Below, in pieces: positions 35,505 through 46,658 of a stretch of 64,000 nucleotides of DNA; positions within the stretch are counted from its first letter, which is position 1; each line of letters begins with the position of its first letter. Under the pieces are notes generated by a model. That model did not search any database, was not told the DNA's origin, and was given only the letters and a program-made list of their open reading frames with translations. The position numbers were made by a program, and so were the translations under genes. The stretch comes from Fonticula alba ATCC 38817. Lineage: Eukaryota; Protista; Nucleariida. The stretch lies in assembly GCA_000388065.2 (NCBI GenBank), contig KB932201.1; one strand, given 5' to 3'.

Positions 35505-36758
35505 ATGTCGTCAAGCAGACCCAACCAGCAGCCGGAGAAGCTGATCGACTTCGCCAAGATCGACCGTGATCTGGCTCAATCGGCCGACCAGGCGTCCCGG
35601 TCGGCGGCGGCCGCGGCGCAGCATGCCCTCACGGCCTCGGAGTTCGCCCGGCGCTCGGTCATTGATGCCAGCGACCCGGCCAGTCGCGAGGTGTCGCGCT
35701 CGGCTCAGCAGGCGGCCAATGCCGCGCGCAATGCCGCCGAAGCGGCCGCCATCAATGCCAAGAACGCCCAGCAGGTGGCCATGAGCGCCTCGCCACCGGG
35801 CTCCCCCCGGTCGCCGACCGCCTCTTCCGGCCCCTTCGGTCTGGGAAATATCCTGGAGAAGGCCAAGCACGCGTTCTTCGGTGACCCGGATGCCGCCCAA
35901 ATGGCCGATACCTACTCTGCTTCGGGCGCCTCTCCCCGCGGAAGCACCGGCGGCCAGTCGCAGTACAACTTCCACCAGAGCGAGACCTCGCTCGTGGACC
36001 AGTGGCCACGTCCCGGCATCGAGGGGCTGATGCAGCGCCAGGGCCAGATTGCTCGGGAGAACAGCCAGCTGGCTGGTTCCCCGCCGGAGGCCTACGTCAA
36101 CCTGTCAGACACCAATGCCTTCATGGAGTCACTGCGGGCTCGCCGTCAGGCGGTGCAGCAGGTGGCCCAGGATGCCCTGGCGGCCCCCCGGTCGCAGGTC
36201 TGGGCCGATAATGCCGATCGTCTAGTGCATGAGGCTATCAGTGACTCGCAGCGCGCGGCCTCCGGCGGCAAGATGGCCGCCATCGGTGCCGACGTGTCGA
36301 ACTCCATCCAGCAGAAGGCCGGTCGGATGGCCGGAGCCGTGGCCCAGGCCACCGGCGCCCAGGCCACCCCGCCCCCGATCGGCAGCGGGATCAACACCAC
36401 CACGGTGTCTGGTCGCCTGCCGGGAGGTGCCTACACCTACACCTCTTCGGCCACCCCGGGCTGGACTTCGGAGAACTACAGGGCCTACCAGCAGAGCAGC
36501 GGTGCCCTGCCGGTGGGCGATGCCTTCTTCAACCGGGCGGTCCCCGGGCCGATGGTCTCCCCGCGTGGTGGTTCCACCGCCGGGAGCAGCTTCTTCCCGG
36601 CTAGCCTGAATCAGCCGGGTGTGCCGCTCATGCGCCAGAACCAGCAGATCGACTACCGGGCCAAGACCATGGGCCAGCGCTACTCGGAGGTGGAGCACTC
36701 GGCGGCCGGTGGCAAGTCCACCGTGCTGGACGAGTCCTCCACCCTTGGTACCGCTTAG
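35505..36758 (+). CDS. Intronless Ala/Ser/Gln/Gly-rich hydrophilic hypothetical protein (417 aa), LEA/hydrophilin-like
   Basis: Clean ORF from caccATG with coding-like GC3 bias, flanked by polypyrimidine and GA-rich non-coding DNA. Begins MSSSRPNQQPEKLIDFAKIDRDLAQSADQASRSAAAAAQHA... Confidence 0.85.
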   Translation: MSSSRPNQQPEKLIDFAKIDRDLAQSADQASRSAAAAAQHALTASEFARRSVIDASDPASREVSRSAQQAANAARNAAEAAAINAKNAQQVAMSASPPGSPRSPTASSGPFGLGNILEKAKHAFFGDPDAAQMADTYSASGASPRGSTGGQSQYNFHQSETSLVDQWPRPGIEGLMQRQGQIARENSQLAGSPPEAYVNLSDTNAFMESLRARRQAVQQVAQDALAAPRSQVWADNADRLVHEAISDSQRAASGGKMAAIGADVSNSIQQKAGRMAGAVAQATGAQATPPPIGSGINTTTVSGRLPGGAYTYTSSATPGWTSENYRAYQQSSGALPVGDAFFNRAVPGPMVSPRGGSTAGSSFFPASLNQPGVPLMRQNQQIDYRAKTMGQRYSEVEHSAAGGKSTVLDESSTLGTA

Positions 36759-37931
36759 AAAAATAGCAAGGGATCCCCCCTCCGACGTGCGGTGTGATTG
36801 ATAGCTACGCAGGAAGGGTGCGACAGGGGGGAGGGGCATGATTGAGGACAAGAGACAGCGACCAAGAGAGAGAGGGGGCGAGAGAAGAGGCTGAGCCGAG
36901 AAGATTAGTATGTGCTCGCGTTCTCTCTCTCCTCTCTCTCTCTCTCTCTCCCCCCCCCCCCCTCTCTGCGGGAGGATCCTTGTTGTTCCTGTCCTGCTAG
37001 CCGAGGAGGCGATGTATAAGCGCGCGGGGCCCTCCTTCTTGACCTTGCGGTGGAGAAGAGTGCTTGCCCTTATTTTCGGCCTTCTCACGAGTTGACAGAG
37101 AACCAAGTACAATTTCCCTCCCTCTCCCCTCCCTCTCTCCCTCCTTGTTTCGCTCCCGCTTTCCACCCATTTTTCTCCTCCCACCCTCCCACCCGTGTCC
37201 ACTCTTTGAGGTGTTGTCAAATTACCCGCATGCACTCTGGGCGCGCGTATGCGCATTGCTGTTCCACGCTCTGAACGGGAGGAGACGCTGGGACACAAGC
37301 ACAAAATATCTACACGCGTGTGTCCTGCCCTGTTTCCTTTACCAGTTGCTGTATGATAAGGCAGAGAGAAAGAGTGAGAGAGGCAAGTGGGGAGGAGGGA
37401 GCAAGGCAACAGCCCGCGTGATCCCTTCGTCTCCGACATTCATCCCGGTGTCCCCCCACCCTTCCAAATTATCATGCCCTGGTGTCTCTTGCACACACAT
37501 GGGGCGAGAAAGAGGAGCAGGAGGAGAGGGGATGTGTATGTGCGCATTCTCCCCCCCCCCCCCCGCCCTTTCTCTCTGTGCGTGTCCGAGAAACAGCTTT
37601 GCATGGTAAAAATAGATTGCTTCCGTTGCCCTGTGATGTCTTTGTGCGCGCATGTTCGGGGGGGGGGGGGGGGNNNNNNNNNNNNNNNNNNNNNNNNNNN
37701 NNNNNNNNNNNNNNNNNNNNNNNNNNNNNNNNNNNNNNNNNNNNNNNNNNNNNNNNNNNNNNNNNNNNNNNNNNNNNNNNNNNNNNNNNNNNNNNNNNNN
37801 NNNNNNNNNNNNNNNNNNNNNNNNNNNNNNNNNNNNNNNNNNNATCTATATATGAGAGATGGGTGGGGTGGGGTGGGTAGAATTGGAATCATGTTCCCGA
37901 GCAGCGGCACTTCACGAAGAGGGGGGGGGGG

Positions 37932-38210
37932 CGGGGTCTTTGGGTGTTTTTATCGGGCTTTTTGTGTATTGAAGTGTTGAATGCGGGGAAGAGAGTGGAC
38001 AGGCGACCAAAATGGGCACGCAAAAGCAGCCGAGAAGCAGCTTTGGGAGATTACAAGGNNNNNNNNNNNNNNNNNNNNNNNNNNNNNNNNNCGGGGTCTT
38101 TGGGTGTTTTTATCGGGCTTTTTGTGTATTGAAGTGTTGAATGCGGGGAAGAGAGTGGACAGGCGACCAAAATGGGCACGCAAAAGCAGCCGAGAAGCAG
38201 CTTTGGGAGA
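37932..38210. repeat. 119-bp exact direct duplication (37932-38050 and 38092-38210) flanking a 33-N gap; probable scaffolding artefact
   Basis: Both copies read cggggtctttgggtg...gcagctttgggaga. Confidence 0.9.
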
Positions 38211-38465
38211 ACGCTCACGCCACTCGCGCACGCGATCATGGGTACTATCATTCCCTGTGGGAAATGGGAGGGGGGGGGAGTGGCAGGGGGGATGTTGGGC
38301 AGGATTTTGTATAATGTCCACACCCATGCCGCCTCCTACATCGGAGGAAGTGGACTGTGCCGTGTGTGGGAGGTGGCAGGCAATGGTCGGGCACCGAGGG
38401 GAGGTGGGATGGAGAAGGGAGGAAGAGAAAGAGAGAGAGAGAGAGGCGTGTAGATCTGAGGGGAG

Positions 38466-38836
38466 CAGCGCCCGCATATTACGACCTCGAGGGGAGAGAA
38501 AGGCCGAGAGATAGAAAGGAGTAAGGACGCCCAAGGGGCCGGCTTGATGAGAAAGGATGTATATGTATTCGGATCAGAGGAGGGAGAAGGACAAGAAGGA
38601 AGGGAAGGAGAAAGAGGGGGAGATGGAATACAACGGAGGAGAGATCGGAAGAGCACACGTCAGCGCCCGCATATTACGACCTCGAGGGGAGAGAAAGGCC
38701 GAGAGATAGAAAGGAGTAAGGACGCCCAAGGGGCCGGCTTGATGAGAAAGGATGTATATGTATTCGGATCAGAGGAGGGAGAAGGACAAGAAGGAAGGGA
38801 AGGAGAAAGAGGGGGAGATGGAATACAACGGAGGAG
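38466..38836. repeat. 176-bp exact direct duplication (38466-38641 and 38661-38836) separated by adapter sequence
   Basis: Both copies read cagcgcccgcatattacg...gaatacaacggaggag. Confidence 0.92.
38642..38661 (+). other. Illumina TruSeq adapter fragment incorporated into the assembly
   Basis: AGATCGGAAGAGCACACGTC is an exact 20-nt match to the start of the TruSeq read-through adapter. Confidence 0.97.
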
Positions 38837-38862
38837 CGGTAGGGCGCGAGCCAGCGCAAGCC

Positions 38863-39549
38863 CTACTCCTCGGTTTTCTCAGGTGGCTTTTCAGCCATGG
38901 TGCCCAGGGCATCCGGATGGAGGAGAGGGTTGTCCGAGCTTAGCCAGAAGATGTGCGGCAGCCGGTCGCGCAGAAACACCGGCACTAGGCCGTCCCGGCG
39001 CATGGTCTGTCGGAAGAGGGTATCATCGATGCCACGATCGGTGAGCTCACGCGCGGCGCCGGACGACAGGAAGGGCCAGGGGAGGATGGTGGGCGTTGGC
39101 GCTTGCCCTGGGGATCCTGGGCCTGTCTCCTCATTGGGGGGTCTCTCCTGCAGGAAGTCCAAGACGGAGGGCTGGGCCCCGGGAGCCAGGTGGTCCGGGT
39201 GGGCCAGCTGCCAGGCGGCTGCCTCGCGCAGGGCTCCCAGGATGTCGGCCGTCGACAGGGGGCCCGGCGTGGCGGCATACAAGCGCGCCAGTATGAGGGA
39301 CGCGCGCATGATCTCGGCTCGGTGGTCTTCAGCACGGCGGCGGGGTGGAGCCCGGGCCCGGGGCGGCTTGGATGCCGCGGAGCCAGGTGTCGAGGAGGGA
39401 GGACGGCCATCTGCAGAGGTGTCGACTGCGGCCTTCGAGTGGATGCAGCGCACGGGCGAGGACACCCAACGAATGGCAGCGAACCCTAGCGGCCGAAGGG
39501 AAACACATTGCCTGGTAGGCATCAAGACCGGTGCCGCAAGTAAGCTCAT
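38863..39549 (-). CDS. Hypothetical protein (228 aa) with a probable mitochondrial presequence
   Basis: Intronless. The N-terminus MSLLAAPVLMPTRQCVSLRPLGFAAIRWVSSPVRCIHSKA is Arg/Ser-rich, lacks acidic residues and has an R-x-(I)HS cleavage-like motif. A helical core follows (AEIMRASLILARLYAATPGPLSTADILGAL). Confidence 0.72.
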   Translation of the reverse strand: MSLLAAPVLMPTRQCVSLRPLGFAAIRWVSSPVRCIHSKAAVDTSADGRPPSSTPGSAASKPPRARAPPRRRAEDHRAEIMRASLILARLYAATPGPLSTADILGALREAAAWQLAHPDHLAPGAQPSVLDFLQERPPNEETGPGSPGQAPTPTILPWPFLSSGAARELTDRGIDDTLFRQTMRRDGLVPVFLRDRLPHIFWLSSDNPLLHPDALGTMAEKPPEKTEE

Positions 39550-39774
39550 TGTAGCTGTGTGTAGAGGAGGGAATTCAGCAGGGCAGGGCGAGGCGTGTGT
39601 CTCACGCTGCCCCCGGCGTGCGCCTGAGATTGTCGGGGGGGAGGGAGGGGGAGGGGATAGACAGGAAGGGGTGGTAAAACAGCCAGGCCCTCTGGCTTCG
39701 ATGGGGGGAGATCTTGAAAAACCCCTCGGCGACCCCGATCGCGCACTGGGCAAAGCAAGAAAGGCGGAAGAGAA

Positions 39775-39779
39775 AGAGA

Positions 39780-39841
<62 letters not shown>

Positions 39842-39843
39842 GA
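39775..39843. repeat. (GA)n microsatellite
   Basis: Directly visible in the sequence. Confidence 0.95.
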
Positions 39844-40755
39844 TCGGTTCAGATGTTCCAAGAGGTGGGCATGGGTCCTCTGTCTCTTCCCCAGCATGTG
39901 GTCGAACTGGGACAGAGGGAATAAATATGAAATGCCAACGCAATCGGCGTCCGCGGAATGCGTCAGGTGATCAGAGATCCAGAACCTGGCCTTCCGCCGA
40001 CCAGATGATGGGACACCTCACTCGCCCACCCCCGCCTCCCCTCGGCACGACGCGCGGGGGGGGGGTCAGGGCGAGGCACGGAAAAAACGCCCTCCACTGG
40101 CCCGCCAGCCGGTCGGGCAGCCTCCCCCCCCCCCCCCAGGGGGACGAGTACGCACACACGCACACAGGGAGGATTGCAAAGGGGGGGGGGAGGACGGGCC
40201 GGGGACCGGCTCCCCAAGCAGTCACCGGGACAAACGGGCCGATTGCTGTGCCGATCATCTCTTCTGTGCTGCGGCCAGATCCGCCCCCGGGGCCAGGCAT
40301 GAATCGGCACGCGTGCGTCGATGCGCATCGATCCCTGAGCAGGCAACAGGCTGGGGAGCATGAGACAGGGGGGGGCGGAGGGGGGGGCGCTGAAATCGAC
40401 CCCCCCACAGAAGAAGGGGGACTACGTCATGGATTCACCGCCAGATCACCTCCTCCCCACCTCACTTTACGCTCCCGAAATATACACGCACGGCCCGGCC
40501 GCCATACGTGTGCATCCTCCCTCTGTTGGCTGCCACCACCCCCGCTGACTGTCCTCCCGTGTTCTTTCTCCTCGCCTGTTTCTCCTGTGCGTCCTGTCCA
40601 TCCGCCTCTCCCTTCTCCCCGCCCACATCACCCACATCACCCACATCGCCCGCCTCCCTTCGCCGTGCCATCCCCCCGGCATAGCCACCTCCCTTTACGC
40701 ACTTTTCCCTTGGCATCTGACCGCCTCCCCTTGCTTTGCGCCGGCTCCCAGCCTC

Positions 40756-41184
40756 ATGGCCAGCCAACGCCCCGACGGCGGGCGCACTGATGTGAAGCGT
40801 CCGCGCCTGGCCGGCGCCCCGGCCGCTGCGGTCGATGACGGCGACTCTCCACAGGCGGGCGAGTCGCCCAGCTCCTCGCCGGCGACCGCCAGCACCCCGG
40901 GGTCAGGTCAATCGACCAGCCGCCCGCGCGCGGTCTTCGCCAAGATGACCCAATGCGAGAAGAAGCGCCACGTCCGAGAGATCAATCGCCGTGCGGCGGC
41001 CAAGCTCCGGAACAAGATCGCCGCCAATGAAGATGCCGAGAAGCGCGAGCTCGCTGATCTTCTCCGGCAAAATGAGGCCCTCGAGCGCGAGCGGGCCAAC
41101 CTGGTTGGTGTCATGCGTGGTCTGGAGACCCTCTGTACACTGCACTCGCTATCGCAATGCGAGCTGGCGAAAAAATCGAAATAG
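40756..41184 (+). CDS. Small bZIP transcription factor (142 aa, intronless)
   Basis: Basic region KKRHVREINRRAAAKLRNK fits N-x7-R. The zipper has Leu at R+17, +24, +31 and +38 in exact heptad register, with an a-position Asn (RQNEAL). Confidence 0.85.
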   Translation: MASQRPDGGRTDVKRPRLAGAPAAAVDDGDSPQAGESPSSSPATASTPGSGQSTSRPRAVFAKMTQCEKKRHVREINRRAAAKLRNKIAANEDAEKRELADLLRQNEALERERANLVGVMRGLETLCTLHSLSQCELAKKSK

Positions 41185-41398
41185 ATGTGCACCCTTTTCT
41201 AAGACGTCCTCCCCGTTTCTTTGCCGGGCGCACATAAGACACGGACATCCACACACACACACACACATGTATATATGACTAATGCGTGTATGGCTGCGTG
41301 GAGAAGGAGGCGAGGAGTGGGGGGGGGGGATATCTTTATTCGGATGTGGGCCGCGGCCACGACGTGCGCATGAGTGATGGCGGCAGCAGCGGCGGCAA

Positions 41399-43355
41399 CT
41401 ACAGGTCTGACAGCTCGGAAAAGTCCCACCCACGCAAGCTCCCTGCGCCATCGGCGGATACGCTCTGCCAGCTGGGTGTGACAGGTGTTGACAGAGGAGA
41501 GGAGAGGAGAGGAGACGGAGGTCAGTGAATATGCAAGAGAGGGGGGGGAGGAAGAGGAGAGGGGAGGAGAGAAGGAGGGAGGATGGAGACGCGATTGCTT
41601 CTACTCATCGCCCCCCCCCCCCTCGCCCTGATAGAGAGGAGAGCCTACGCACACGGTCACCTCATTGGCGTAGCCCTCGTCCGAGAGCAGGGAATAAAGG
41701 GTCTTGTTGAATCGGACCACCGTCAGGAAGTGGTTGTTCCAGAAAAGTACCCCCACTGGCAGGTGAAGCGTGGCATGGGGGGATTCCGGCAGGCGGGTGG
41801 GCTGGACTTGACGCGTGGTGGTCGAGAATTGGAAGGCGTGCGCCGCGCGCACCCACGGCGGCCAGCTGCAGAAGTCCAGCAGACAGCTGATAACCTGCCG
41901 CAGGCCCTGGGTCGTCATCTGCGAGGAGCTGGCCACAAGGAAGTTCTGCAGCACCTTGGCTGGCATGGCAAGAGGCAAGGGAGAGAAGGCGGCCGGTGGG
42001 GAGGGGTGGGGGGGGAGAAAGAAACAAGAACACGGGGAAAGAAGGCCAAAGGTCAGCATGGTCGGCCCGCGACGCTGGAGCCACTCGGGCATGTCTGCGC
42101 ACCCTGATACTTCAGTGCCAGGTCCTCGCTGCTTGATGCGGACACGATGATGTTTTGGATGTCATTGTAGCTCCGGCCCCGGAGGGCCTCAATTTGCGAC
42201 AGGTGGTCGATCTTTTCCTGGGACAGCTCGCCGGAGGACAGGTTCTTCGGCAGCGATTGGGGAATCCACGCGTGGAACAGCGGGAGTTCCAGGATTTCAA
42301 AGAAAAACCGCGCGTCGGACTCCTTGAACTCCTTGACGCTGAATGTGGCACGAGTGCAAGTGAGGGGCAATGGAGGAGCGAAGAAGGTTAAGCATGACAT
42401 TGTTGGTTGGGGATCTGCGAAGGGCATGGCCGACGCACTGGTCGAATACCAAGTCGATGTCCAGGCCACGGATGGATTTGCGAATGGCCTCGTGTGCCGC
42501 TTGCAACTCCAGCAGGTACTGCAGGAAGTGGTCCGGCACGTAGTCGCTCTGGATGTGGGCTCCAGAGAAGAGCGAGTCGCGGCAAGAGCGCAGGGTGTTG
42601 TTATCCAGGGGAATCGAGTGCTGGAGTGCACGGATGGGCCATCGGGGGAAGGGGCGAGGCCGAGCAGGGTCAATCACATGTTGGAGAGAAGAGGCAGCAA
42701 GGAGGGAGAGGGGGCGGGGAGCTGTCAGAAACGACTGGCCGGCTTACCTTCTTCGAGAGGAAGCGCCGGGCGATGTCAAACACCAGCTTAGCCAGGTCCG
42801 TAGCGGGAATGGAGTTGAATCCGGGAGGGATCGACAGGCGTCCCTGCAGAATGAGGGCATTTGCTGGGGACCAGGCGAAGGAAGTCAACATCGGGTGAGG
42901 GGCTCAACAAAGGACACGGCCCCAAAGAGTGAACGCCTTATGTGCGTGCGTGCGTGCGTGCGTGTATGCGTGTGCTCACGCCTTCCCTCTGCCCCCACCG
43001 GGACAGATTGGCGCGTACCAGCCGAAATCATCGGGCAGGGCCCGTTGGCGTTCTGGGAAACCACCTGAATGGGCATGGGCTCAACAGGGTCGCGTCCGGC
43101 CGCGCACCCGGGCCACACCATTGTCTTCAGGGTGTACTCGGAGAAGAGAAACCCATCGGCCCCGGGGTCGGAGGCGCCATGGGAGCTTGCATGGTCGCCG
43201 AAGAAGCGGAAGTCCTCGAGCGACAGCCGGTCCAGATGCTTATCAATCGCCAGCGAGAGGGGGTGTGGGGAGCCCGATCCGGAGGAAAAGCGTTCCCGCT
43301 CTAGGGCCAGCGCAATCTCGCGGTCCTCCTCAGAGAGCAGGAACTCAAACGACAT
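41399..43355 (-). CDS. MINDY1: MINDY-1/2 (FAM63, DUF544) K48-specific deubiquitinase, multi-exon
   Basis: YTLKTMVW...QVVSQNANGPCPMISA|ANALILQG (catalytic Cys), GLDIDLVFD, FFEILELPLFHAWI, SYNDI, NFLVASSSQMTTQGL, LFWNNHFLTV (catalytic His) and LYSLLSDEGYANEVT|VWQSVSADG...DF. Confidence 0.93.
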
Positions 43356-46300
43356 GTTATCCGGAGGGGAGGTGGGGAGAGCGGGAGCCACGGGGCCAAC
43401 AAGGACGAAGGGAGAGGCGGGAAGAGGCAGCCAGATGGGAAGGGGCGCTAAGTCGATGGAGGGGCGGTGTGAAGGNNNNNNNNNNNNNNNNNNNNNNNNN
43501 NNNNNNNNNNNNNNNNNNNNNNNNNNNNNNNNNNNNNNNNNNNNNNNNNNNNNNNNNNNNNNNNNNNNNNNGGGGGGGGGGACGTGATATTGGCTAGAGC
43601 CCGAGCGGACGGGGCGCAGGACCGGGACATGGGCAGATCTGACGGCCGATCATGCCAGTCCCCTCCGGTCCGATCGTCCCCCCCCCTCCCCATCACCACC
43701 ACCCCGTTGCCGCCAGCGCCAGACACGCAATGGATGGTTCTGGGACCCCTGGGCCAGGAGGATTTGAATCAGAGAAGCGGCGGGTCCCCTGGGCGGGGGG
43801 GGGGGGGGGGTTGCGTGCCCATGAAAGAGCGGGCCTGCGTCCGCCGACACTCCGGGGCACGCCCGGCGGACGCTTGATTCTGAAGCTAAAGCACCAGGGC
43901 ATCCCACGCAGAAGGCGCATTTCAGCCCGCCCAAGGGGCGACGGAGAGGCGGGGGGAAAAAAGAGAGGGCCGACAAATGGGCGAGGGGACGACAATATGG
44001 TGGCGGTGCCCAGCGTGCGGGGCGCCCTTCAAAACCGGCCACCGCAGACCACCACCCGCCGGAGGAGGCACCCCCGCCCCCCAGCAAGGGCACCTGCTCT
44101 GCCCTCTCCTGCGAGGGGACAGCCATCCGTCCGGGTGTGCGGCGAGGTGGATGCGCACCATGCAGCACACACAACGGCAATCCGCTCGGCACATGAATCG
44201 CCACCCCCCCCCCCCCTCCCACCCACACGCGGCTCACTTCGGGTTTGGACACATACACCTCCAGTCACAGTCGGGACATAAAAAAGTCCACCCCCGAGGG
44301 AGGCACTGGCTCCTGCTCAGGACTCTCCCCTGCCCTCCTCGCATGCCTCTCGCCACCGCCCCCCCCCCCACCAGTCTTAAAAAGCGCGTCGGAAGGCAAA
44401 ATGTTTCAATTCTTAAGAGGAGAAGAGAAAGGCCAGGGAAGAAGGCGCATTTCTCGTTGCAAACGAGGACAGTCACAGGAAGCCAGAGGCAAGAAAAGGA
44501 GCAAGAGAGAGCAGGCACGGGGGGGGGCGCGCGCGCGCGCACACACACACACACCGCCCCACGCCGGGCCACCTTGCATCTTTCTAGGGGGATAATGGCA
44601 ACCGATGTGTGCGACTGGGCGAATGCAAAAAGCCGGCTACTGGAGGGGAGGAGAGAGGGCAGGATGCGTTAGAGGAGTGGTGGGGAAGAGATGCAGGGAG
44701 AGGGGGGAAAAGAGGGCGAGAGCGGGTTCAGAAAATGGTAAGAAGGGTATCTTCAATGACACTTCAGAAGCAGAACTGGGTAGATTTTCATCAGTACAGC
44801 TCACGCGTCCCAAGAGGATCATCAGGGGGAGGGAGGAAAGGGCGCGAAAGACTTACCGATGGAAGAGGAGCTGCTTGCTCACACAGGGCGACGACAGGGA
44901 GGAGGGCGGATCACCCACTGCCGAGCCTAAGGGGGCGCACAGGGTGGAGGGAGGGAGGAAGGCGGCGAGTGTGAGTGACAGGAGGAAGGGGAAGGGGGAG
45001 GAAGGAGCGAAAGAGGGGGGAAGGTAGAGAGTGCAGATGGTAGTGCATGTTGGTATCGATCATGTTTCTCAGTCGATTATGTTTGTTCCTCATCCTCAAT
45101 ACCTGAGAAAGAAAGTGAAAGCAAAGGAATGGCGAGACGGGAAGGGGTCGAGGGGGGGAAGAGCGCATGCATGTGTACCTCTGAGGCCTGTCCCCACTCA
45201 GGGGGGGAGGAAGGAAGCACGCGGGCAGCCGATCGCCCCAGCGAACAAGAGGCAAGGGCGACGGCTCCCGGCACTGGCGTACGCATGCCTGACAGCGCAC
45301 CAACATACACTGGACAGGGAGAGAAAAAGGGAGGGGACATGTCAGCGGGAGCCAGGGGAGGGGGGAGGGGCGAGCGAGGAGAGGGAGGGGAGAGGGGTGT
45401 CTTCAGAAACGAGGAATTGTCTTAGCCCATCGTATCAACGCAAGCTGTCAGGCAAGCGGATCTAGACTACAAACTGTGAAAAAACATCAGAAGGAACACG
45501 CCGCCTTGGAGGGGGGGGGAGCCACAACCAGGGAGAGGGAGGATGTATATGTACCTGACACGCATGGGCTTGGAGCGCGCACGGGGGGAAGGCATATGGC
45601 AGGGCATCTCGGAAAGATGGGCCCGCGGCGGACATGACAGTGAAGCCGCGCACGCGCAGAGGGACCAACACGCTCAGGCCCGAGGGACGAGAGGAAGGGA
45701 GGGCACGCCCCCTACGCCACCGCGCGGCAAAATCCCAGGACAGAGGGACGTGCGCGAGCACGCACGCACCAAGCCACGGGAAGTAGAGAGGCGTGTGCAG
45801 GTGGGTGTGGGGGGAGGGGCCCAGCCCCCGAAATGGGTCGTGGGAAGGGGAATGTGCGCGTGCTTGGGGGCTATCGCACCAGCCCGGGTCTCTTTTATAG
45901 TGGCCAGAAATGTGCCGCGGTCATTCGGCCACCCCTCCTCTCGTGCCGGGGTCGCCACGCTTGCACAGTTCACGCGGCCCTCTTTCCTCGAACGCGCGCC
46001 TTGTCACCGCCTCCCAGGCAAACAGCCCCGGGGCATGCACGGCGCGCGCCGGGTCTCTCTGAGACAACGACCTGAGCAGCCGTGCGCCGGTCCGTCGCTC
46101 CAGCGAAGGGCCCTGGACCCCTTCATTCTTGTCCGGGGGGAGAAGGGTCCCCTCCCCGAGGTGCGAGCAGGCCGGGCAGAGCTCCCTCCTCCGCCCCACC
46201 CAGCGAGACCGCACCGGCCCAGACGCGCCCCCATCCTCCTGAGCCCGGGGGGGTGGGGGGGTGCCAGCCCTACTGCCCGCCGGATAGATGTGTATTCTAA

Positions 46301-46658
46301 ATCCCCCTCCACACGCCGACCCCCAATCGCGGTCAGGGTCCCCGCTGTGTAGGACTCGGTGGAGGAACCCCGAACAGGTGCCACAAAAAGTGGCATGCAT
46401 CATCACATGCTGTGAGAGGTGCCCACGTATCACCTTCCTCCCGGATCCCGATCGCCCCCCCCCCCCCCAGCCCTGCCGATTCAACACACTCACACATGCT
46501 TGCACTCCGCCGACAAGATGGTGGAACGTTTGTCTGAGGGGGCACCCCTGTCGGATTTGGGCGCGAGCTGGCCCGTGCAGTGAGAGCCTCTGCCATTCTT
46601 CCCCCCCCCCCCTTCTCCCTCCCCTCCCCGGCCTGGACCTCTCGCCCTCTCGCCCACG

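Noticed and set aside
37932-38836. Direct repeats as possible LTRs, transposon ends or CRISPR-like repeats
   Set aside because: One pair flanks a gap and the other flanks an Illumina adapter. There is no TG...CA end, target-site duplication, transposase or spacer array.
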